From an uncultured Gammaproteobacteria bacterium (lineage in GTDB: Bacteria > Patescibacteriota > Microgenomatia > Daviesbacterales > UBA10151): a stretch of DNA of 64,000 bases. Positions 50,525 through 57,912 of this stretch are shown here, piece after piece. Location: assembly GCA_964446685.1 (NCBI GenBank), contig CAYUPO010000001.1:104502-168501 (forward strand), written 5' to 3'. The notes under the pieces are model-generated. The model ran no database searches and was not told the DNA's origin. It saw only the letters and a program-made list of their open reading frames with translations. Position 1 is the stretch's first letter; each line of letters opens with the position of its first letter. A program made the translations under genes and the position numbers.

Positions 50525-51361
50525 ATGACTTCATTTGATCTTCAATACCAAAAACTTCTTAAAGAGATAATGACCAATGGCATTGAGGAGATCAATGAAC
50601 GAACTAAGCACGGTGTCAAAGCACTCCCTGGTAAATCAATTGAACTAGAAGCTGGCGAAGGTTTTCCGCTTCTTACTTTGCGTAAAATCCCAATTCGGAT
50701 CTTTGTCGCTGAGCAGGTCTGGTTTTTGACTGGATCAAGGCGACCATCAGAATTTCTGAATAAATTCACCAAGATCTGGGATGATTTCACCAATGTTGAC
50801 GGCGTAGTTTCAACTGCTTATGGCTATAGATGGCGACATCATTTTGGCAGAGACCAAATTGCTTTATTGATTAATCTGCTAGAAAAAGAACCCTCTTCCA
50901 GGCATGGCGTGGTGATGATGTGGGATGCTGCAAGTGATGGTCTCTCCCCGACTTTCAAAAAAGCTAATATCCCCTGTCCCTACTCTTTTACCGTCAATAT
51001 TATTGGCGGAATGCTGCACATGCATCTGATTGTGAGATCAAATGATGTCATTTTAGGTCTACCACATGATGCAGCTGGTTTTGGTTTGCTGCAACGAATT
51101 CTGGCTGCCAGACTTGGTGTCAAAGTCGGCAAGTACACTCACACTATCTCCAATGCGCATGTTTATGATATACATTATGACGCAGCGCAGGAGATGATTA
51201 AGCGAAAAAATAAGCATCAGCCTGTGGAAATCAGCGCTTCAAAAAATTGGTTTAGCAGGGCAGAAAAAGGAGATGAAAAGTTGGTAGCAGAAATAGTTGA
51301 TGCACTGAGTAGTCAGTACCAGCCAGGAGAAGCGTTAAAGGGATTGAAAATAGTTCTTTAA
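50525..51361 (+). CDS. thyA: Thymidylate synthase-family enzyme with a dCMP-type Asp specificity residue
   Basis: ERT, E..WFL.G, IWD, YG..WR, PC, RSND..LGLPHD (canonical LG.PFN), HVY. Confidence 0.85.
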   Translation: MTSFDLQYQKLLKEIMTNGIEEINERTKHGVKALPGKSIELEAGEGFPLLTLRKIPIRIFVAEQVWFLTGSRRPSEFLNKFTKIWDDFTNVDGVVSTAYGYRWRHHFGRDQIALLINLLEKEPSSRHGVVMMWDAASDGLSPTFKKANIPCPYSFTVNIIGGMLHMHLIVRSNDVILGLPHDAAGFGLLQRILAARLGVKVGKYTHTISNAHVYDIHYDAAQEMIKRKNKHQPVEISASKNWFSRAEKGDEKLVAEIVDALSSQYQPGEALKGLKIVL

Positions 51362-51373
51362 CCCGTTTTAATC

Positions 51374-51450
51374 CGTCATTCCCCTGAAAAGGGGAATCTG
51401 TAAATACCTAAGAGTAGGCACCGCATATTCCTGCTTTCGCAGGAATGACG
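51374..51450. repeat. CGTCATTCC-type two-armed REP-like element between thyA and dcd
   Basis: CGTCATTCCCCTGAAAAGGGGAATCTG ... ATTCCTGCTTTCGCAGGAATGACG; same arms as 35590-35692 in the opposite orientation. Confidence 0.9.
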
Positions 51451-51470
51451 TTTTGACAAAAGAAAAACTT

Positions 51471-52127
51471 ATGACACAAGGAATATTAACCAAACAACAA
51501 ATATTAGAATTGATTGAGTCAGAACAGCTCAAATTTTCCCCAGCAATTGATTCATTTCAGGTCCAATCACATTCCATCGATCTGCGACTCGGGTATTCAT
51601 TCATGATCCCTAAACTATGGTCTTTGACTGAGAAAGGACGCGAAGCCTTTTTGATTGATTATCTGGATGAAACTGAAAGATTTGAACTGGTTGAGCTGGA
51701 GCACAAACAATTTTTTGACCTTTTACCAAAAGAATCGGTTGTCGCTTCAACTCTTGAAGAAGTCTCCTTACCAGCTAATTTAATGGCTGTCCTCTACCCA
51801 CGTTCTTCTATTAATCGACGCGGCCTGTCTGTTGATCTTTCTGGTATTGTTGATGCCGGATATGAAGGAAGGTTGTTGATACCTATTACCAATAACACGC
51901 CACATGTAATCAGAATTTACCCAGGTGAAAGGTTTTGCCAGTTAGTATTTTATCCACTGTCTGAAGATATTAAGGTAGAACAAAGCAGATGGCATAAAAA
52001 GGATATTATTATAGGTAGACTCCCTGAAAAGAAAAAAGCTGAGGAAAAATATATTGTCTCTGGCGATATAAAAGGATTAAAACAAAAGTTTGCTCTGACT
52101 GCTCCTAAAACCAATGATTCAAAGTAA
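51471..52127 (+). CDS. dcd: dCTP deaminase/dUTPase-fold protein with an atypical active site
   Basis: SIDLRLG, TLEEVSLP, RSS.NR.GL, VDAGYEG, YPGERFCQL.F; catalytic Glu position reads P (LLIPITN). Confidence 0.78.
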   Translation: MTQGILTKQQILELIESEQLKFSPAIDSFQVQSHSIDLRLGYSFMIPKLWSLTEKGREAFLIDYLDETERFELVELEHKQFFDLLPKESVVASTLEEVSLPANLMAVLYPRSSINRRGLSVDLSGIVDAGYEGRLLIPITNNTPHVIRIYPGERFCQLVFYPLSEDIKVEQSRWHKKDIIIGRLPEKKKAEEKYIVSGDIKGLKQKFALTAPKTNDSK

Positions 52128-53157
52128 ATCTGGCTTCATATTTGAAGGAAAAACTCCCACTGATGTCTTAAAAGATGTCCAGGAAGCTATTCAAACTCAT
52201 GGCTCCTCTATTCAAACCCAAAGAGGAATTGCTAAATCGATTCGTGGCGCAACTTTTATCATTAATGACATCTCAAATGAAAAGAAAAATTATCCTTACT
52301 GGGACAAACAGTCAGATGACTGGTATCAGGATAACTTTGTCAGAAAAGAAACAACATTAGCTCCGGAAATAATCAAACCTGGACAGGATATTTATCCTTA
52401 TAAATATGCCTGGAGATCAAGATATTATGACAGTGGAACTGGTTATATTGTGGCGGTTATAACTGTCTTAAAAAAACTCAAAATTAAAAAGCTACAGATT
52501 AAAAATGAATCTCAACTGATTGATTTACTCAAACAAAGTTATCTGTTGATTCATCCAGAAATCGTTTTGGCTGTCTTGTCCTGGAAAGGTTTAAAACTAA
52601 TCAACTTTTATTTGGAAAATCCAAAAATCTTAGAGTTAGAGCTGCAAACTCAAAGACGAGATACTCTGGAATCAGTTATTGAAGAAGTTAAACAATCTCC
52701 CGCGACCAGACGCGCCATCATGCCATCATTTACTTATGAACATATTGACCATTCAGGAGCTGCAGGTGGAGTACCTGTCTACCAAAATTATCAGCTCTAT
52801 GTAAATTTTGACAAAAAAGGTAATCCTGCAAGTATTACTTCATATCATCTACATAGGGCGATTGATGCTTTTGGCGGGGCTCAGCTGGATATCAATCATG
52901 ATAAAGAATGGGGACTATATGCATCGAAAAAACTAAATTTACCTTTGGAAAAAATAGTTATTTATGTCAATGACGTCTGGGCTAGCTTTGATAAAGATAT
53001 GCAACACCTTTCAAATAAAACCGATATTCGCTCTTGGTTATTTTCTGTGACAGACGCCTATGATCCAAAACTGGAAGATATAGATAAAAGACTGAGTTCC
53101 CCTCTGTATAAAAAGAAAATTAGTTACACTTTGTTTCAAATTACCAGCTATGGATAA
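52114..53157 (+). CDS. Divergent thymidylate-synthase-fold protein lacking the catalytic Cys
   Basis: Y.YAWR.R, D.LE.VI..VK..P.TRRA, VPVYQ (for PC), HRAID...QLD (for RS.D...N); overlaps dcd by 14 nt. Confidence 0.65.
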   Translation: MIQSKSGFIFEGKTPTDVLKDVQEAIQTHGSSIQTQRGIAKSIRGATFIINDISNEKKNYPYWDKQSDDWYQDNFVRKETTLAPEIIKPGQDIYPYKYAWRSRYYDSGTGYIVAVITVLKKLKIKKLQIKNESQLIDLLKQSYLLIHPEIVLAVLSWKGLKLINFYLENPKILELELQTQRRDTLESVIEEVKQSPATRRAIMPSFTYEHIDHSGAAGGVPVYQNYQLYVNFDKKGNPASITSYHLHRAIDAFGGAQLDINHDKEWGLYASKKLNLPLEKIVIYVNDVWASFDKDMQHLSNKTDIRSWLFSVTDAYDPKLEDIDKRLSSPLYKKKISYTLFQITSYG

Positions 53158-53170
53158 TTTAATAATTGTA

Positions 53171-54325
53171 TTACCTTTTTCCAATAACAAATTCCGTCCC
53201 TGTAATTCTCGAAATAATTGCCCTTAAAAAAGTCAGTGAACACGACTTAATGAAACTATCAATGATCCATGATTCTTTTTTTGTTAATAGTTCTTCTAAA
53301 TATGCAGGGTTGTATCTTACAAGATTAGATAAATAGAACATTATTAAATATATTGCAATTGTTTCATTCATTGGAATCTGTTTATTAATTTTATAAGGTA
53401 ATGAAGTTACAAACTCTAAACCATCATCAAAATAATTCACTTGAGCTATAGAACCAAGTGATTCTAGAACTAAATTCCTACATTTTTTTTCTGGGATTAT
53501 ATCTGGATTATCCCAAGGGATTGTTTGTCTACTTTGAAAAAAAGTAAAAGCTAATATAATATCTCTGCTAACCTGGAAATATTCTCTTGCATATTTTTCT
53601 GGAACCTCGACTAGTTCAAATTTATCAAAAAAAATATTTAAAGACTTTTTATATTTTTTAAATTCATTAAAATTGGGAATACCAACTAAAGGCCATGCTG
53701 TCTTATTACTATGGTCAACTAAATTTACATAGTAACAGCTTTCAACTTTTCTTCTTCCATATCCAGCTATTAATGATTGATAAGAAATATCCGTACAATA
53801 ACTTAGTAGCTGTTCGACACTTAGAGACTGTTTTTTAATTGGAGATTCACAAAACATTTCATAAAATCTTTCAAAGACTCCATTATCTTTTATAATTTTA
53901 ATTGTTTGTTTTTTTATTTTTGTAAAATCTTTCGGAAGACAACTTGCACCATGGCTTATTCTTTTACCTCCAATCTCGGGATTCTTTTGAATGATTAATG
54001 CCTTTGCTAAATTCAAAAAACAGTAGTAATAAAGTAATGCTGCAGATCTAGGATGAAGCTGCTTTGCAGCATGATAATAATTTTTTGCCTGTCTAATATA
54101 GCCCTGAAAATGCTTGTAAGTGGTTTTTATTTTTCTTCTTGCAACACCTTGCTCGAGTAAATGTTTAATTCCAACTGATTCGATTTCGGAATAATATTCT
54201 ATTAATATCCATAGTTCATCATCTATTTGCCCATCCGTTTTCAAACCTTGCAAATTTCTAGTACTTAATGGTTGTCTAATCCATCCCGAAGCTGCTCTAA
54301 AAGTTCCTGTAGGAATTTCACTCAT
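53171..54325 (-). CDS. YaaC-like protein
   Basis: LLYYY..LNLAKA, SHG, YL.MFYLS.LVRY.P..; visibly AT-richer than its neighbours. Confidence 0.7.
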   Translation of the reverse strand: MSEIPTGTFRAASGWIRQPLSTRNLQGLKTDGQIDDELWILIEYYSEIESVGIKHLLEQGVARRKIKTTYKHFQGYIRQAKNYYHAAKQLHPRSAALLYYYCFLNLAKALIIQKNPEIGGKRISHGASCLPKDFTKIKKQTIKIIKDNGVFERFYEMFCESPIKKQSLSVEQLLSYCTDISYQSLIAGYGRRKVESCYYVNLVDHSNKTAWPLVGIPNFNEFKKYKKSLNIFFDKFELVEVPEKYAREYFQVSRDIILAFTFFQSRQTIPWDNPDIIPEKKCRNLVLESLGSIAQVNYFDDGLEFVTSLPYKINKQIPMNETIAIYLIMFYLSNLVRYNPAYLEELLTKKESWIIDSFIKSCSLTFLRAIISRITGTEFVIGKR

Positions 54326-54947
54326 TTATAAGTAATCCAGTTATTTCTTTAAATAAATCTTCTTTGCTTTGCATACCATCTATTACTTTGACTGTATCAG
54401 GATGAGCTGAAGCAAATGTCAGATAACCTTGTCTTAATTTTTCTAAAAATTGGACGCCCTGCATCTCATAAATCAGATCCTGACCTTTTCTATCAGCATT
54501 TGCTCCTCTTTTGATACTTTCTTCAGTCGGTATATCGATAATGATAAATAAATCCGGATAAGCACCTGAATTTTTAACACAGTATTCTGATAAGGTATCA
54601 AGTAGACTGAGATCAACCCCCTGAACTATCCCCTGGTAAACATAGGTTGAGGATTCAAACCGATCTGTAATCACCATTTTCCCGGCATCAAGATTTGGTT
54701 TAACAACTTGATCCATAAACTCGGTTCTAGCGGCGTAAAAAAGGAGAGTTTGGGTAACTGGATTGGCCATTTGGTCACGAGGTTTTAAAACGACTTCTCT
54801 AATCTCTTCGCCCATTTGGGTCCCCCCAGGTTCGCGAGCTAAGACGACATCAGTACCAAGATCTAGGAAATATTTTTCAAGCATTTTGGCCTGGGTAGAT
54901 TTACCACAGTTGTCGATGCCTTCTAGTACTATGAATTTACCTTTCAT
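54318..54947 (-). CDS. tmk: Thymidylate kinase
   Basis: EGIDNCGKSTQ, REPGGT, LLFYAAR, DRF..ST..YQG. Confidence 0.95.
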   Translation of the reverse strand: MKGKFIVLEGIDNCGKSTQAKMLEKYFLDLGTDVVLAREPGGTQMGEEIREVVLKPRDQMANPVTQTLLFYAARTEFMDQVVKPNLDAGKMVITDRFESSTYVYQGIVQGVDLSLLDTLSEYCVKNSGAYPDLFIIIDIPTEESIKRGANADRKGQDLIYEMQGVQFLEKLRQGYLTFASAHPDTVKVIDGMQSKEDLFKEITGLLINE

Positions 54948-54954
54948 AACAATT

Positions 54955-55053
54955 AAATATCCAAAGTCAAATGTCTAATGCCAAATGTAGAATGTCAAAT
55001 TTCCAATGATGTATTGGACATTTGTCATTTGACATTGGTAGTATTTGACATTT
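54955..55053. repeat. Inverted heptamer array (AATGTCA vs TGACATT)
   Basis: aaagtcaaatgtctaatgccaaatgtagaatgtcaaat ... ttggacatttgtcatttgacattgg..tttgacattt. Confidence 0.85.
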
Positions 55054-55398
55054 TTATCTCTTATCCCCGCTTCCTCCTAGTTTGCCTCTTTCCATTCGCG
55101 AATAAAGTTTTTTGATATTTTTCTCAGCTACTTCTTCCAGATTAACATCCAGCTCTGAAGCAATTTGAGTCAGATACCACAAGACATCTCCTAGTTCTAA
55201 TGTCAGCATCTCTTTATCTTCCTGCGTGATCTCCCCTTTTTTATCACGAAAAATTTTTTTAATTTTTTCGGATATCTCTCCTGCTTCACCGGATAATCCC
55301 AGCACAGGGTAAATTATCGGATGACCAATTGGCGGATATCCAGCAGTTTTACGAGAGTCTTTTTGATAGTTTCTGAAACTATAATTGGTTTTCTTCAT
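55054..55398 (-). CDS. MazG-like nucleoside triphosphate pyrophosphohydrolase
   Basis: LGLSGEAGE..EKIKK, ELGDVLWY, N..KL..R..RG. Confidence 0.9.
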   Translation of the reverse strand: MKKTNYSFRNYQKDSRKTAGYPPIGHPIIYPVLGLSGEAGEISEKIKKIFRDKKGEITQEDKEMLTLELGDVLWYLTQIASELDVNLEEVAEKNIKKLYSRMERGKLGGSGDKR

Positions 55399-55401
55399 TT
55401 T

Positions 55402-55478
55402 TTGTCATCCCGAACTCGTTTCGGGATCTACCCTTTTGTATAACCTCGGCAGATGCTGAAACAAGTTCAGCATGACAA
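55402..55478. repeat. TGTCAT-type two-armed REP-like element
   Basis: TTGTCATCCCGAACTCGTTTCGGGATCT ... AGATGCTGAAACAAGTTCAGCATGACAA; uninterrupted form of the rarA arm. Confidence 0.9.
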
Positions 55479-55484
55479 GGTATA

Positions 55485-57098
55485 TTATGTTAACTTAACT
55501 TTAGATGCAGCTTCTAGAAAACCCAGAAACATTGGATGAGGAGCCAATGGGCGGGATTTGAGCTCTGGATGAAACTGTGAACCGGCCATAAATGGGTGAT
55601 CCGCAATCTCCATGATTTCGACTAATTTTCCATCAGGAGAAGTTCCGACAATATTTAGGCCTTTTTTCTCAAATTCTTCCCGATATTTGTTGTTCACTTC
55701 ATAACGGTGACGGTGTCTTTCGGATACTTTGGCTTTTCCATAAAGTTTTCTCATTAGTGATCCGGCTTTGAGGTCACATTCCCAGGCACCCAGTCTCATA
55801 CTGGCTCCATAATCTTTGGCTAAGACCTTTTTCTCCTGATCTGACATGATATGGATGACCGGAGCTTTGGTAGCAGGATCTATCTCGGTTGAGTTGGCAT
55901 CTTTGTATCCAAGCACATTGCGGGCAAATTCAATCGCCATCATTTGCATGCCATAACACAAACCAAGATAAGGAATTTTGTTTTCCCGGCAATATTTAGC
56001 TGCAGCTACTTTGCCTTCGGTATCTCTGCCGCCAAAGCCGCCTGGCACAATAATTCCCTGATAGTTATCAAGTAGTTCAGGTTTTTCTAAAACTTTTCCT
56101 GAATCGACCCAGTGAATATCGGGTTTTAATCCAAACTGATAGGCTGCATGTTTGCAGGCTTCAATAACCGAAATATATGAATCAGTCAGGACTCCGGCGC
56201 CACTGGTAAAATATTTGCCGACGATCGCAATTTTTACCGGAGTTTTAGCGCTGTGGGCTTTTTTAACAAATTCACTCCATTCTTTTAAATCAGTCTCTTT
56301 TCTTTCCAGTTCAAGTTTTTTCAGTATTCGATCGGTCAGGTTTTGTTTTTCATAATCTAAAGGCACATCATAAATACTTTCCACATCAGGGGCTGCAATA
56401 ATATCTTCCTCTTCTATTCCTGTATTCAAAGATAATCGTTTGCGACGGGGGGCATCTATTGCTACTTCAGCTCTGGCTAAAATAATATCGGGTTGGATCC
56501 CGACAGAATTTAAATCCCTGACAGACATCTGAACCGGTTTACTTTTCATTTCACCTAGTGTGGAAGGAATTGGCAGATAACTGATATGGACATGGATCAC
56601 ATCGTTATGTTTTTTTAGTTTCATCAGACGGTTGGCTTCCAAAAATAGCATATTTTGGTATTCCCCGGCGGTACCACCTATTTCAACCAAGACAATATCA
56701 GCATTTTTATTTCTACCGGCATCCTGAATTCTTTTTAATATTTCCTGAGTGACGTTGTGAATATCTACATAGTCGCCGTCGTATTCCAGATTGCGTTCTT
56801 TTTGGATAACAGATAAATAAATACTACCCTGAGTATTAATACTGGAAGATGTTAGATTTTCGTTGAGGTATCTTTCATAGTGTCCAAGATCCTGATCAGT
56901 CTCTCTACCATCATCCAGGACAAATGTTTCACCATGAGCGAGTGGATTCATAGTTCCGGCATCAACATTTAGATAAGGATCCATTTTGACTGGTACGACT
57001 TTAAATCCAGCAGCTTTGAGGAGGAGGCCAATCGAGGCAGTTGCAATGCCTTTTCCAATACCCGATATTACGCCACCTGATACAAAAATGTATTTCAT
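55485..57098 (-). CDS. pyrG: CTP synthase
   Basis: GGVISGIGKG, DPYLNVDAGTMNP, PGGFG, GLCYGMQ, ERHRHRYE, QFHPE. Confidence 0.98.
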   Translation of the reverse strand: MKYIFVSGGVISGIGKGIATASIGLLLKAAGFKVVPVKMDPYLNVDAGTMNPLAHGETFVLDDGRETDQDLGHYERYLNENLTSSSINTQGSIYLSVIQKERNLEYDGDYVDIHNVTQEILKRIQDAGRNKNADIVLVEIGGTAGEYQNMLFLEANRLMKLKKHNDVIHVHISYLPIPSTLGEMKSKPVQMSVRDLNSVGIQPDIILARAEVAIDAPRRKRLSLNTGIEEEDIIAAPDVESIYDVPLDYEKQNLTDRILKKLELERKETDLKEWSEFVKKAHSAKTPVKIAIVGKYFTSGAGVLTDSYISVIEACKHAAYQFGLKPDIHWVDSGKVLEKPELLDNYQGIIVPGGFGGRDTEGKVAAAKYCRENKIPYLGLCYGMQMMAIEFARNVLGYKDANSTEIDPATKAPVIHIMSDQEKKVLAKDYGASMRLGAWECDLKAGSLMRKLYGKAKVSERHRHRYEVNNKYREEFEKKGLNIVGTSPDGKLVEIMEIADHPFMAGSQFHPELKSRPLAPHPMFLGFLEAASKVKLT

Positions 57099-57107
57099 AA
57101 TAATTAC

Positions 57108-57189
57108 AAATATCTAATATCTAATAAAAATCAAAATACAATCGTTCCAATTTAGCATTGGATATTTGATATTTGATATTTGATATTTT
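57108..57189. repeat. Inverted heptamer array (AATATCT vs TGATATT)
   Basis: aaatatctaatatctaat ... ttggatatttgatatttgatatttgatattt. Confidence 0.85.
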
Positions 57190-57233
57190 TCTAGCTTGGG
57201 TTTCCTGCTCTTTACAGAAAAACTTAAGGGGAT

Positions 57234-57256
57234 CCTTTGACTATTCTCAGGATAAA
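57234..57256. repeat. Decayed copy of the CTTCGACTTCGCTCAGG element
   Basis: CCTTTGACTATTCTCAGGATAAA versus CCTTCGACTTCGCTCAGGAAATA at 42221. Confidence 0.5.
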
Positions 57257-57373
57257 TTTATGCTTTCAGATTTTTCAAAATCTTGAGCCCTCATTAAAGT
57301 ACCAAGAGAATGTTCTGTTGTCAACTAAGGAAAAACGCCATATTTGCTTGATTTCAAACTCTGTAACCCCAAC

Positions 57374-57402
57374 CATACTACCCTCATAATGGAAGGTAGT
57401 AT
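57374..57402. terminator. Hairpin downstream of the 93-aa gene
   Basis: CATACTACC / GGTAGTATG inverted repeat; no clear U tract. Confidence 0.4.
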
Positions 57403-57421
57403 GTTACTCATCTGCTATCAA

Positions 57422-57703
57422 TTATAAAGTCCTTCTTAACTCTGCTGGACCAGTTGCTAGAAACTGCTTTGGAATTCCATTAATCCCTCTTTTTAAAAAT
57501 GATGCTTTAGCAACATCTGGTGCACTAGTCACTGCATCTATTGATGCAACCAAATTTCCTGATGAAGGACCTTCCACTTGATGCTCCAACCTGCCGTGCT
57601 CAGCCAGCCATCTTAAGAAACGCAGCCTTGACATATCGACTGGTCTCGGTGTCTGTACAAACATTTGTAATGCACTATCATAATTGCCCATTCTTTCACT
57701 CAT
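57422..57703 (-). CDS. Small hypothetical protein (RLRFLRWL.E.GRL motif)
   Basis: 93-aa ORF with a strong SD (GAAAGGAGGT) 7 nt before the ATG, unusual in this window. Confidence 0.8.
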   Translation of the reverse strand: MSERMGNYDSALQMFVQTPRPVDMSRLRFLRWLAEHGRLEHQVEGPSSGNLVASIDAVTSAPDVAKASFLKRGINGIPKQFLATGPAELRRTL

Positions 57704-57742
57704 TTGTTTTACCTCCTTTCTTTATTTTTATACTCAAAAACG

Positions 57743-57770
57743 AAAAAGCCGCCCATTTGGTGAGGCGGCG
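57743..57770 (-). terminator. Intrinsic terminator of the putative attenuator
   Basis: Minus strand GCCGCC-TCACCAAATG-GGCGGC followed by TTTTTCGTTTTT. Confidence 0.7.
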
Positions 57771-57801
57771 GTTTGATTTTTTTTACTCTTTTTTGAGTAC
57801 A

Positions 57802-57864
57802 TCAACCACCAGCACCAGTGAGGTGAAGGGGGGTGATCATAATGATACTCACGAAATAATTCAT
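57802..57864 (-). CDS. Putative leader peptide MNYFVSIIMITPLHLTGAGG
   Basis: 20-codon ORF read manually; its 3' end (GGTGGTTGAT) can pair with the 5' strand of the downstream terminator. Confidence 0.5.
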   Translation of the reverse strand: MNYFVSIIMITPLHLTGAGG

Positions 57865-57912
57865 ACTGTATAGGGGCTTACTCCTGTAGGAAGAACAAGT
57901 CAATCAGACAGT

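Noticed and set aside
49777-55398. Prophage or auxiliary-metabolic cassette origin for the modified-pyrimidine genes
   Set aside because: No integrase, structural or replication phage genes; the genes sit among housekeeping genes and carry host-type promoters and repeats.
57826-57859. Plus-strand SD-like AAGGGGGGTGA followed by the mini-ORF MILTK
   Set aside because: Only five codons; better explained as the complement of the minus-strand leader, though not strictly excluded.
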